NCBI GenBank assembly: GCA_046292385.1
Contig: JBKBRF010000003.1
Location: forward strand, 1 to 64,000
Source: Armatimonadota bacterium
GTDB lineage: Bacteria; Armatimonadota; SYMT01
Direction of reading: 5' to 3'
Length of the DNA stretch: 64,000 nt
In this document: piece after piece, positions 18,599-28,004 of the stretch
How positions within the stretch are numbered: position 1 is the stretch's first letter
How the letters are laid out: every line of letters starts with the position of its first letter
Program-made: the position numbers and the translations under genes
Notes under the pieces: generated by a model
Database searches by the model: none
The model's input: only the letters and a program-made list of their open reading frames with translations
Told to the model about the DNA's origin: nothing

Positions 18599-20065
18599 AT
18601 GCCTGGCTGTGGAGAGAGCCCGTTCCAGCACCCCCGGATGACCCGCCGCGCCTCCGTGCAGGCGGGGGCGGTGGGGCTGCTTGGGCTGGGGCTGAACCAC
18701 CTGGCGGCGCTGCGGGCGCTGGCGGCGGAGGAGACCGACGCGCCGGCTCAACCACGTGCCCGCTCGGTGATCTTCATCTTCCTCTCCGGCGGGCTCTCCC
18801 AGTTCGAGAGCTTCGACATGAAGCCGGACGCCCCCGCGGAGATCCGCGGCGAGTTCCGCCCGATCCCCACGCGCACCGACGGCATCCGGATCTGCGAGCA
18901 CCTGCCGCTGCTGGCGCAGCGGAGTCCCCGGTGGGCGCTGGTGCGGTCGCTCACGCACGCCTACAACGAGCACTCGCAGGGGCACCACGTGATGCTGACC
19001 GGCCGCACGGAGCTGCCGCCCGGCTTCGATCCGAGCCGCCCGAAGCACACCGACTGGCCCTCCCTCGCCGCCGTGGCCGGGGCGGTGCTCCCGCAGCGGC
19101 ACAACCTGCCGCCCGCCGTGGTGCTGCCGGAAAAGCTGGTCCACAGCACCGGCCGGGTGATCCCGGGGCAGTTCGCCGGGATGATGGGCGCGCCGCGCGA
19201 CCCCTGGTTCATCGAGGCGGCCCCGTTCGACGCCCGCGCTTACGGCGCCTACCCGGAGTACGAGTTCGACCACCAGCAGCGGCCCCGCCCCGAGAAGGAG
19301 AAGCTGTTCCAGGCGCCGAGCCTCTCCCTGCCGCCGGGGATCGGCACCGGCCGCATGCAGGCGCGCGTGGAGCTGCTGCGGCAGGTCGACCGTCAGCGCG
19401 CCGACCTGGAGCGCCTCGCGGAGGTGGAAAGCTTCGACCGCTACCGGCAGGACGCCGTCTCCCTCCTGACCGCCGGCGAGGTGCGGAGCGCCGTCGACGT
19501 CACCCGCGCTGACCCGCGGACGCTGGAGAGGTACGGCCGCAACTCGTTCGGGTGGTCGCTCCTGATGGCGCGGCGGCTGGTGGAGGTGGGCGTCGGCCTG
19601 GTGCAGGTGAACCTCGGCAACAACGAGACGTGGGACACCCACGGCAACGCCTTCCCGCACCTGAAGGAGAAGCTGCTGCCGCCCACCGACCGCGCCGTCT
19701 CCGCCCTGCTGGACGACCTCCACGACAGCGGCCTGCTGGAGAGCACGCTGATCGTGATGGCCGGCGAGTTCGGCCGCACGCCGCAGATCAGCCACCTGGC
19801 GCAGCACTACAAGCTGCCCGGACGCGACCACTGGGGTGCCGCGCAGAGCGTCTGGTTCGCCGGGGGCGGGGTCCGCGGCGGCACCGTCATCGGCTCCACC
19901 ACCCCGGACGGCGGCCTCCCCGCCTCCGACCCGCAGACCCCCGAGAGCTTCGCTGCCACGATCTACCAGGCGCTCGGCATCCCCCGCCTCGCCGAGTGGC
20001 GCGATGCCCAGGGCCGCCCCCACGCCGTCTACCACGGCGAGCCAATCCCCGGCCTCGTGGGGTAA
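18599..20065 (+). CDS. DUF1501 domain protein
   Basis: SVIFIFLSGGLSQFESFDMKP, ARRLVEVGV, WDTHGN, GEFGRTP, GRDHW. Confidence 0.9.
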   Translation: MPGCGESPFQHPRMTRRASVQAGAVGLLGLGLNHLAALRALAAEETDAPAQPRARSVIFIFLSGGLSQFESFDMKPDAPAEIRGEFRPIPTRTDGIRICEHLPLLAQRSPRWALVRSLTHAYNEHSQGHHVMLTGRTELPPGFDPSRPKHTDWPSLAAVAGAVLPQRHNLPPAVVLPEKLVHSTGRVIPGQFAGMMGAPRDPWFIEAAPFDARAYGAYPEYEFDHQQRPRPEKEKLFQAPSLSLPPGIGTGRMQARVELLRQVDRQRADLERLAEVESFDRYRQDAVSLLTAGEVRSAVDVTRADPRTLERYGRNSFGWSLLMARRLVEVGVGLVQVNLGNNETWDTHGNAFPHLKEKLLPPTDRAVSALLDDLHDSGLLESTLIVMAGEFGRTPQISHLAQHYKLPGRDHWGAAQSVWFAGGGVRGGTVIGSTTPDGGLPASDPQTPESFAATIYQALGIPRLAEWRDAQGRPHAVYHGEPIPGLVG

Positions 20066-20184
20066 CGGCTTCGCGCTTGTTGCTAGGAACTGGGGACAGC
20101 TTTGCGAAGTCGGGTCCAATGACACCGCAGTTGTCCGGTAATCCCGGACAACTGCCGACGACGCAACCCCGAAGAACGACTGCG

Positions 20185-20643
20185 ATGCAAAAGATCACGA
20201 TCGATGCTCTAGATCGTCATCTGGAGCGGTGGCCAATTGCACGCGCCACGGAACAGCCGACCATTGACGAGATAGCACAAGCGGAGGCCCAACTCGGCGT
20301 CAGCTTCCACCCGGACTATGCCGAGTTTCTTCGCCGCTATGGAGGCGCAGTGGTTGGGGGGATGGAGATCTATGGCCTTCGTCCGGTGGAAGTGATGGGG
20401 GAGCCCTGGTCGGTTGTCGAGAGCACGCTTCATGCCCGCGCAGAGGGGTGGCCGGGCTCCGAAGACTGGTACGTCATCTCCAACGATGGCTTTGGCAATC
20501 CGATCGGCGTGGCGCGCAACGGATGGGTCCGGCTCTACGACCACGATCGGGGTCAGCACGCGGTCTTGGCGAAGAGCTTTGAGGAGTTCCTGTGGAGTTG
20601 GGGAAAGCTGCCCCGCCGGTCGTCCACTGACGCCACCCCCTAG
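20185..20643 (+). CDS. SMI1/KNR4 (SUKH) family immunity-type protein
   Basis: EIAQAEAQLGVSFHPDYAEFLRRYGG..ISNDGFGNPI..LAKSFEEFL. Confidence 0.85.
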   Translation: MQKITIDALDRHLERWPIARATEQPTIDEIAQAEAQLGVSFHPDYAEFLRRYGGAVVGGMEIYGLRPVEVMGEPWSVVESTLHARAEGWPGSEDWYVISNDGFGNPIGVARNGWVRLYDHDRGQHAVLAKSFEEFLWSWGKLPRRSSTDATP

Positions 20644-20759
20644 AATCGTCGGGGGCAGACCATCCCACTCGCTCGTTAGGGATTTCCGCGAACAGTTGGG
20701 CGGGACAGGCGCGCGGGGTATCGGTCAACCCAAGGCCCAGACTGGGCCTCGACTCGGCC

Positions 20760-20788
20760 TTGCCTATAACGCCACCCCGGTGTAGGCT
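20760..20788 (+). promoter_or_regulatory. Promoter and operator of the TA operon
   Basis: TTGCCT-N17-TAGGCT, overlapped by a GCCTA/TAGGC inverted repeat. Confidence 0.5.
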
Positions 20789-20807
20789 CAGAGCAGGAGG
20801 TTGTGTT

Positions 20808-21104
20808 ATGGCATCGCATACGATCAAAGTCACCGGGGTGAGCGACGAGTTGCTCCAACTCCTTGATGAGCGGATTCAGGCGCAGCACTCCACCGGACGC
20901 TCAGAGTACATCCGCGAGTTGATTCGAAAGGATGTGCTCGCTGCTCGCACAGGATCTGCGGGGCCGCAGCGGTTCCGGGAGATCCTGGCTCCCGTGCATG
21001 AAGAGACCGCGAGGCAGGGCTACTCCGACGAGGAGATAGACGGGGACATCGAGGAAGCGATTCAGGAGTCACGAGCGGAGCGACGAGAGGCGGAGGCTGC
21101 TTAG
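20808..21104 (+). CDS. Ribbon-helix-helix antitoxin
   Basis: TIKVTGVSDELLQLLDERI..RSEYIRELIR; AGGAGG RBS; abuts the PIN gene. Confidence 0.8.
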   Translation: MASHTIKVTGVSDELLQLLDERIQAQHSTGRSEYIRELIRKDVLAARTGSAGPQRFREILAPVHEETARQGYSDEEIDGDIEEAIQESRAERREAEAA

Positions 21105-21605
21105 GTGGGGCTCGTCGAGGCTCCACCGCCCCTTGCAGTCTTTGACTGCTCGCTGTTTCTCCAGGCGGTGCTCCGAGGGAGCGGACCGGCCAGCGCTTGT
21201 TTCGAGCTGGTGGAGAAAGGTCGACTACGCCTCGTGGTCAGCAGCGCCATCCTTGCCGAAGTGCGAGACGTCCTGACACGGCCCAAGCTGATCCGCAAGT
21301 ACCCCCAGCTTGCCTCTCCGCATGTAGCAGAGTTCCTGGAAACAGTGGTGGAGTGGGCGGAATACACGGACCCCGTCCCCGAAATCTTTCCTTATCGGCG
21401 CGACCCTAAGGATCAGCCCTACCTGGACCTTGCGGTTGCCGTCGGAGCGGACTTTCTGGTCTCCCGCGACCGGGATCTCCTTGACCTCCAGGCTGCCGAC
21501 TCCGAAGCGGGTCAGGACCTCCGGAGAAGTGCTCCGAAGCTCACCATCCTGAATCCCGTGGAGCTGCTTCGGCGCTTCTCCCCAACCACTGACGAGAGCG
21601 GTTAG
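21105..21605 (+). CDS. PIN-domain toxin (VapC-like)
   Basis: AVFDCSL, ILAEV..VL.RPK, RDPKDQPYLDLA, LVSRDRDLL. Confidence 0.88.
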   Translation: MGLVEAPPPLAVFDCSLFLQAVLRGSGPASACFELVEKGRLRLVVSSAILAEVRDVLTRPKLIRKYPQLASPHVAEFLETVVEWAEYTDPVPEIFPYRRDPKDQPYLDLAVAVGADFLVSRDRDLLDLQAADSEAGQDLRRSAPKLTILNPVELLRRFSPTTDESG

Positions 21606-21691
21606 AAACTGATGTCGATCGCGAGATCAAGCGGCTCTGGACGGGGCGTATGAGAGGCGCACGACGGAGCCGTACACCTCTCGCCTCGCCG

Positions 21692-22006
21692 CTAGAGCGC
21701 CACTTCGTCCATGCTGGGCAGCTCCGGGTTGGCGAGCTGGTGGGCCAGCGCCTCGTACCAGAGCACCTCCTCGAAGGCATCCCTACCCAGTCCGGTCTCC
21801 TCCCAGTCGGAGCCGCGCAGGCGGTCCCCGTCGTCGATGCGGCCCAGCAGCGGCTCCAGGGCGGGCCAGCGCTCCGCCAGCTCTTCCCGCAGCCGCTGGA
21901 TCTCGTTCTCCAGCTCGCCCGGGAGCACCCGCGTGGCGCGCAGCGCGGCGTCTTCCCGCGCGGCTTCCAGCTCCAGCGCTTCCGCGATGATCGTCGACTC
22001 CTCCAT
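21692..22006 (-). CDS. Hypothetical protein
   Basis: 104-aa acidic ORF with RBS and host-like codon usage. Confidence 0.6.
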   Translation of the reverse strand: MEESTIIAEALELEAAREDAALRATRVLPGELENEIQRLREELAERWPALEPLLGRIDDGDRLRGSDWEETGLGRDAFEEVLWYEALAHQLANPELPSMDEVAL

Positions 22007-22072
22007 CCTCTTCCCTCCGCCGCGGTCTTACCCCACGCGGCGGCCAGTTATTCGGAGTAGCGCCGGGTCGGG

Positions 22073-22786
22073 CTACTCCGCCTCGTCCGAGAAGCGGTAG
22101 CCGACGCCGCGGACGGTGAGGATCCGCTCGGGGCGGGCGGGGTCGCGCTCCACCTTCTGGCGGAGCCAGCGGATGTGGACGTCGAGCGTGCCGCGGTCGA
22201 GGAACTCGTCTTCGCCCCACACCAGCTCCAGCAGCCGGTCGCGCAGCATCACGCGGCCGCGGTTGCTGATGAGGGCGCGGAGCAGCTCGAACTCTTTCGG
22301 GCGGAGGTCAACCTGCTTCCCGTCCACCAGCACCCGGTGGCGGGAGACGTTCACTTCTACGCCGCCGGAGGCGTAGACCTCCTCCGCGTCCTGCGCCTCG
22401 GAGCCGCGGGCGACTTTGCTGCGGCGGATCAGCGCCTTCACGCGCGCCATCAGCTCCAGCATGCCGAACGGCTTGGTCAGGTAGTCGTCCGCGCCGATCT
22501 CCAGCCCCAGCACCTTGTCGACCTCCCGCGAGCGCGCGGTGAGCATCAGCACCGGGACGGCGGAGCGCTGGCGGATGCTGCGGCAGACGTCGCGGCCGTC
22601 GAGCCCGGGGAGCATCAGGTCGAGGATCACCAGGTCGAACGGCTCGGAGGTCGCCAGGCGCAGCCCTTCGTCGCCGCGGCCCGCCAGCGTTACCTCGTAC
22701 CCCTCGTCCCGCAGGTTGAGCGCCACGGCGTCCGCGATCGCCCGCTCGTCCTCCACCACCAGCACTCTCGGCTCGACTGTGTTCAT
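22073..22786 (-). CDS. OmpR/PhoB-family response regulator (no cognate kinase nearby)
   Basis: VLVVEDE, LDLMLP, GADDYLTKPF, LDVHIRWLRQK, TVRGVGY. Confidence 0.93.
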   Translation of the reverse strand: MNTVEPRVLVVEDERAIADAVALNLRDEGYEVTLAGRGDEGLRLATSEPFDLVILDLMLPGLDGRDVCRSIRQRSAVPVLMLTARSREVDKVLGLEIGADDYLTKPFGMLELMARVKALIRRSKVARGSEAQDAEEVYASGGVEVNVSRHRVLVDGKQVDLRPKEFELLRALISNRGRVMLRDRLLELVWGEDEFLDRGTLDVHIRWLRQKVERDPARPERILTVRGVGYRFSDEAE

Positions 22787-22880
22787 TGTGCTCCTGAGCT
22801 CCTGCCCGGCGCCGCCGGAAGGTTCCTGACTCACTCTAGCGGCGCGAGCTTAAGCGGAGATTAAACGGGCCGGAGGAGCG

Positions 22881-25100
22881 CTACTCCGGCAGGCCGCGGG
22901 CCGCTTCGTACTGCTGCAGCAGCTCCTCCAGCCGCTCGCGGGTCGCTTCTACCTGTCCCGCCTGTTCCTCCGCCAGCGCCGCCACGCGCTCATCCCCCTG
23001 CCGTCGCAGCCGCTGCGCCACCTGGCGCCAGGCGCGGGTCTCTTCCTGTCGCAGGCGCCGCTCCAGCTCCGGGTCGTACTCGCCCGCCCCGCCGCTCTGG
23101 TAGAGGGCCGGGTTGGCGTCGTGCAGGCGGCGGCGCTGCGCCAGTACGCACGCGGCCCGGCGGTAGTGGGTCAGCGCCTCTTCCGGCGGCGCGGTGGAGG
23201 CGACCCGCAGCCGCGCCAGCGGGAAGCGGTAGTCGACCACCTCCGCCAGCGGGCGGACGCGCCCGACCGGCGTGTCTTCCAGCTCCACGATGCGCCGGTA
23301 GGAGGCGAGAGCGTCTCCCGGCTCCCCCAGCCGGTCCCAGATCTCGGCGCGCGCGAAGAGGAGCGCGAGGTCGTTCGGCGTGTGGCGGAGCCCGGCGTCG
23401 ATAATGGCGACCGCCGCGGTGGGGCTCTGCTCCCCGTCCATCCGGTTCTCCCAGATGCGCGCCTGGGCGAGGTAGGCGAACGGCCGGCTCTCCGCCAGGG
23501 AAATCGAGCGGCGCGAGGCCTCGATCGCCTTCGCCCACTCTCCCTGGTAGAGGTGGGCCAGCCGCTGGGCTTCCGCGACCTGGTAGCTCCACGGCAGCAG
23601 CGCCTCCGCCGTGCGGAGCGTCTCCAGCGCGGCGGTTGGGTTCACCGCCTTCTCCGCGTCCCCCTGTTCGTAAAGACGCCAGCCGAGCGCCTGGATGCCG
23701 CATGCCACCAGCCCCGCCCCCGCCAGCGCGAGGCCGGCCCAGTGCCACGGCGACCGCCCGGCCGCCGCGCCGGGAGCGGGCTGCGAGCTCTCAACCGGCT
23801 TGGCCGCGGGGAGGCCGAGGGCCATGCCGACCACCGTCCACGCCAGCAGGCCCAGCGCGGGGACGAACCAGAGCGAGTCGAGCAGGTTGTGGGCGGCGGA
23901 GGCGGCCAGGGCGGCCGCCGCGCCGGCGGTCCAGCCCCACTCCGCCGCGCGGGGCGCCCGCCAGAGCCGCCAGATCGCCCAGAGCAGCAGGGCGGCCCAG
24001 AGCAGCACGCTGGGGGCGCCGGTCTCCGCGAAGAGCTGCAGGTAGCTCTGGTGCGCGTGGCGGGTCGGGATCGCCACCGCGTGCGGTGGGAAGGCGGTCT
24101 CGTAGGTGCCGGCGCCCCAGCCCAGGAGCGGGCGCGCCTGCGCCATCGCCAGGGTTCCCTGCCAGGTCAGCTTCCGGAACTCGTTCGAATCGGCATTGGC
24201 GGAGCGGGCTTCCCCGGGCGGGCAGAGCTCGGCCGGGAGCGGCGAGGCGGGGGCTGCCGCGGCGAGGCGCCCGCGCAGCACCCCGGAGAAGGCGAAGGCG
24301 GAGACCGCCAGCAGCGCCAGCAGCACGCCGAGGCGCTTCCACGTTTCCGCGCCGCGGAGCTGTCCGCGCGTGCCGGCGGCGAGGAAGAGCACCAGGATGC
24401 CGCCGCCGAGCGAGAGAATGCCGCCGCGGGAGCCGGTGATCATCAGCGCGCCGCCGAGCGCCAGCGTGAGCAGCCCCAGCGCCAGCAGCCACATCCCCGG
24501 CTTGAACTCCTCCGGCCGCCAGGAGGCGAGGGAGAGGGTGAGCAGCAGCCCCATCACCAGGTAGCCGGCGAAGAAGTTCTGGTTGGTGAAGGTGGAGAAG
24601 GCGCGCCAGCCGGTATCCCCAATGCGGACCCGGTAGCCCCACTCCTGCAGGCCGAGCCCTGCCACCACCAGCGCCCCGGCCAGGATCGCCCCGAGCAGCC
24701 GCATCGCGCCGCCGCGCCGCACGATATCCGCCGCCAGCCACGCGCCGGCGGCGAAGGTGGTGTAGAGGAGCGTCTGCGCTACGGTGGCGCCCTTCTGCGC
24801 GGAGACGAAGAACGAGGCGGCGGAGAGCGCCGGGAAGAGCAGCAGCAGTGGCCAGGCGGCGGGCCGGCCCAGCGGCACGCGGCCGGGGACCACCAGCCGC
24901 AGCAGCAGCGAGATCCAGACGAGGCCGGAGAGCACGAGCGCCACCGTGGGGCGGGTGGGGCCGGCGATCAGGTGCCCGGCGGCGAGCGGGGCCAGGAACA
25001 GAGCGAGCAGGAACGGCAGCTCGCAGACGAGCGTGGAGAGCCCGGGCTCCTCTACTCCCGGGGCCGCCCTTTCCGCGCGGCTTGCAGACGTCCGTGCCAC
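22881..25100 (-). CDS. O-antigen ligase-like (Wzy_C) membrane protein with C-terminal TPR region
   Basis: STFTNQNFFAGYL, TGSRGG, RPLLGWGAGTY, HAHQSYLQ..ETG; start uncertain. Confidence 0.85.
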   Translation of the reverse strand: MARTSASRAERAAPGVEEPGLSTLVCELPFLLALFLAPLAAGHLIAGPTRPTVALVLSGLVWISLLLRLVVPGRVPLGRPAAWPLLLLFPALSAASFFVSAQKGATVAQTLLYTTFAAGAWLAADIVRRGGAMRLLGAILAGALVVAGLGLQEWGYRVRIGDTGWRAFSTFTNQNFFAGYLVMGLLLTLSLASWRPEEFKPGMWLLALGLLTLALGGALMITGSRGGILSLGGGILVLFLAAGTRGQLRGAETWKRLGVLLALLAVSAFAFSGVLRGRLAAAAPASPLPAELCPPGEARSANADSNEFRKLTWQGTLAMAQARPLLGWGAGTYETAFPPHAVAIPTRHAHQSYLQLFAETGAPSVLLWAALLLWAIWRLWRAPRAAEWGWTAGAAAALAASAAHNLLDSLWFVPALGLLAWTVVGMALGLPAAKPVESSQPAPGAAAGRSPWHWAGLALAGAGLVACGIQALGWRLYEQGDAEKAVNPTAALETLRTAEALLPWSYQVAEAQRLAHLYQGEWAKAIEASRRSISLAESRPFAYLAQARIWENRMDGEQSPTAAVAIIDAGLRHTPNDLALLFARAEIWDRLGEPGDALASYRRIVELEDTPVGRVRPLAEVVDYRFPLARLRVASTAPPEEALTHYRRAACVLAQRRRLHDANPALYQSGGAGEYDPELERRLRQEETRAWRQVAQRLRRQGDERVAALAEEQAGQVEATRERLEELLQQYEAARGLPE

Positions 25101-26044
25101 TTGATAGCCTCGTTTCGCGAGAGAGTCAGCGCCGCCCGCACGGCGAGCCCCGCCGTCAGCGCGGCGCGCCCGAGCGGGTTCTTCCCGACGCGGGAATGCA
25201 GACAGAAAAACCGGTACGCGCTCAGGTGGTGCTGCACGATCATCCGCTTCGGGCGGCGGTCGGAGCTGCGGCCCACCTCGTGGATCACCACCGGCTCCGG
25301 CACGTAGCGGACCGACCACCCGGCCTGGCGCGCGCGCATCGACCAGTCCACGTCCTCGAAGTACATGAAATAGCCCTCGTCCAGCCCGCCGATCCGGTCG
25401 ATCAGCTCGCGCCGCGCCATCAGGCAGGCGCCGGAGAGCCAGTCCACGTCCCGGGGCTCATTATGGTCCCAGTCCCGCATCAGGTAGTCGGCCGTGTACC
25501 GGTTCCGGGGAGAGAGCCATTCCAGCGGCGTGTGGCGGAACATCCCGGCGCCGAGCGTGGGGAAGCGCCGGCAGGAGTACTGGAGCGTGCCGTCCGGATT
25601 CAGGAGCTTGGGGCCGATCAGCCCCGCCTCCGGGTGAGCGTCGGCATACTCCACCAGCGCGGTCAGCCAGCCGGGCCGCACCGCGGTGTCGGAGTTGAGC
25701 AGCACCACGTAGCGCCCCCGCGCGTGCCGGAACCCGACGTTGTTCCCGCCCGCAAAGCCGAGGTTCGGCTTCTGGCGCACCAGCACCGCCTCCGGGAACT
25801 CCCGCTCCACCAGGCCGGCGCTGCCGTCGACCGACTCCTGGTCCACCACGATCACCTCGTGGCTGACCCGCTCCGGGGGAAAGTCGATCACCGGCCGGCC
25901 GACCCGCTCCCACGCCCGCAGCACCTCCGGATCGTCCGGGTGGAACAGCGAGGCGAGGCACCGCCGCAGCCAGCGCTTGGCGTTCCAGCTAAGGATCACG
26001 ACGGAGACGTCGGGTCGGCTTTGCTCTTGGGTGGGCTGTGTCAA
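25052..26044 (-). CDS. Glycosyltransferase family 2
   Basis: VSVVILSWN, NLGFAGGNN, LLNSD, WLSGACL, YFMYFEDVDW. Confidence 0.92.
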   Translation of the reverse strand: MTQPTQEQSRPDVSVVILSWNAKRWLRRCLASLFHPDDPEVLRAWERVGRPVIDFPPERVSHEVIVVDQESVDGSAGLVEREFPEAVLVRQKPNLGFAGGNNVGFRHARGRYVVLLNSDTAVRPGWLTALVEYADAHPEAGLIGPKLLNPDGTLQYSCRRFPTLGAGMFRHTPLEWLSPRNRYTADYLMRDWDHNEPRDVDWLSGACLMARRELIDRIGGLDEGYFMYFEDVDWSMRARQAGWSVRYVPEPVVIHEVGRSSDRRPKRMIVQHHLSAYRFFCLHSRVGKNPLGRAALTAGLAVRAALTLSRNEAIKWHGRLQAARKGRPRE

Positions 26045-26081
26045 AGCAGTGTGGCTGGAGTGCTAACGGGAGGGGGAGTAG

Positions 26082-26306
26082 TGCGTATTGCGTATTCCGT
26101 AGCGTGCGGCTGGCTCTGCTTGGCGGTAGATCGTGCCGGGCGAGGGACTCTGGCAGCGCTCCGCCCGGCACGACGTCTCCGGTGCAGCGGGATCAGCCGC
26201 ACGCTACGCAATACGCGATACGGAATACGCAGCCTCTCGCCCGGCACGACGTCTCCGGTGCAGCGGGATCAGCCGCACGCTACGCAATACGCGATACGCA
26301 ATACGC
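26082..26306. repeat. Two tandem units of about 76-bp period with TACGCAA heptamers, plus an inverted partial copy
   Basis: CGCCCGGCACGACGTCTCCGGTGCAGCGGGATCAGCCGCACGCTACGCAATACGCGATACG at 26162 and 26238; reverse-complement arm at 26082-26112. Confidence 0.9.
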
Positions 26307-26394
26307 CTCCCGCCTCCGTACCGTGCCTGAGTCCGTTAACATGAGGGCGGAAGGGTCGGGCCCGCGTTTCACCCGGTGAAGTGAGAAGCTGCGA

Positions 26395-27954
26395 ATGAAC
26401 CTGCAATTTCTTCGACGAAGACTGCTGCTCCCCATGGTCTTACTGCTTGCGGCAGTCATCGGCCTCCCTGCGTCCGCAATCACGCTGGACGAGGCCGCCG
26501 CGCAGTTCCGCGAGGGACCGCGGGTCTACGACTTTGCCGGCGTGCTCTCGAACGCTGAGGAGCGGCAGATCCACGAGCAGATCGTTGAGATGCTGCGGCA
26601 GAATCTCGCGTCGGGAGTCGTCGTGACGATCGATCGCGCCGAGAACCCGAGCGACGTCCACGATTTCGCGCGGGAGCTCGCCGAGCGCTGGCAGGTTGGA
26701 CAGGGTGCCACCCAGAATGGTTTCCTCTTGCTGGTTTCCATTGAACAGCGCAGGGCCGAGACAGTAACCGGAACCGGATTGGAAACAGTCCTTCCTGACG
26801 CTGAATCCACGCGGATCGCGAGAGAAACCCTGGTTCCGGCCTTTCAGAGGGGTGACTTCGCTGCGGGCCTGAGTGCGATGCTCGATCGGGTCCAACAACG
26901 CCTAGAGCAGGCTGGCGGGGCCGAAGCCCTGCCGACGCGCGACCCAGCTCCGGCGGGCCCCTCGCAGTTCGCTTGGCTCCTAACGGTGTTCCTGAGCGGC
27001 CTTACCGCTGTCGGCGCCTACCGCGCCTGGCCGCGGGGCAGTCGGGTAGGAGAAGACCGCTGGCGGGTGGCGACTATCCTCTTCGGACTCGCCGCCCTTG
27101 TCTGGGCGCTGCTCGTGGCCACGCAGGTCCCCACCGGCGGGACCGGGTTGATCATGCTCGCCGTTCCGGCCGCTGGCTTCGCGCTCTTCCGGCTGTTCGA
27201 GAATGCCGCCGTGCCGGTGCCGCTCGACCGGGTGCAGGAGACCGGCGCGCAGGCGACCACCCGGTATGCCCTGGTCATGGGCCTGCTCTTCCTGCTCTGG
27301 TTCTTCCTGGGAGCTTCCTGGGCGATGCTCTTCTTCGTGCCACTGGCAATCGTCTTCGCGGCGGCGATCCCGGGCTACTTCCGGCGCGCGCCGCGTAAGT
27401 GCCTGGAGTGCGCCGGGCCGATGCGCTGGCTGCCGGAGCAGGAGGAGCACGCCTTCCTTCGGGATGAGGAGAACGTGGAGCAGCGGCTCGGCAGCGTCGA
27501 CTACGACATCTGGCGCTGCGAGCGGTGCAACCGCAGCGCGGTGACTTCGAAGCGGCAGGCCGGAACCGCCCTCGGCGACTGCCCCAAGTGCTTCCGGCAC
27601 ACGCTGGCGCAGCGCTCCGTGTGGGATGAGAACAGCACCGCGTGGGACGCGTGGGTCACTGACATCTCGGAGTGCCATAATCCCCACTGCGGGTATCACG
27701 AGGAAAAGCGGCGCCACGTGGAGCGCCCCCGCTCCGCCCGGCGCGGCGGCGGCTGGGATGACGACTGGGGCGGCGGCGGCCCCGGCATCATCATCCTGCC
27801 CCCGATCTTCGGCGGCGGCTGGGGAGGCGGCCATCATGGTGGAGACAGTGGCGGCTGGAGCGGCGATTCGGATGGAGGCGGCTGGAGTGGCGTCGATCTC
27901 GGCGGCTTCGACGGCGGTGACTTCGGTGGTGGCGGAGGCGGAGTAGACTGGTAA
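26395..27954 (+). CDS. TPM-domain membrane protein with Cys4 zinc-ribbon motifs and Gly-rich tail
   Basis: VYDFAGVLS, NGFLLLV, TGTGLE..LPD; CLEC, CERC, CPKC, CHNPHC; ends GGDFGGGGGGVDW. Confidence 0.85.
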   Translation: MNLQFLRRRLLLPMVLLLAAVIGLPASAITLDEAAAQFREGPRVYDFAGVLSNAEERQIHEQIVEMLRQNLASGVVVTIDRAENPSDVHDFARELAERWQVGQGATQNGFLLLVSIEQRRAETVTGTGLETVLPDAESTRIARETLVPAFQRGDFAAGLSAMLDRVQQRLEQAGGAEALPTRDPAPAGPSQFAWLLTVFLSGLTAVGAYRAWPRGSRVGEDRWRVATILFGLAALVWALLVATQVPTGGTGLIMLAVPAAGFALFRLFENAAVPVPLDRVQETGAQATTRYALVMGLLFLLWFFLGASWAMLFFVPLAIVFAAAIPGYFRRAPRKCLECAGPMRWLPEQEEHAFLRDEENVEQRLGSVDYDIWRCERCNRSAVTSKRQAGTALGDCPKCFRHTLAQRSVWDENSTAWDAWVTDISECHNPHCGYHEEKRRHVERPRSARRGGGWDDDWGGGGPGIIILPPIFGGGWGGGHHGGDSGGWSGDSDGGGWSGVDLGGFDGGDFGGGGGGVDW

Positions 27955-28004
27955 CGATGCCGGCAGTTGCCCTTCCCAGCGGCGGGGGTGGATAAGACAG
28001 CGGA

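Noticed and set aside
26082..26306. Possible CRISPR array
   Set aside because: Only two long near-identical units with no unique spacers, and no cas genes in the window
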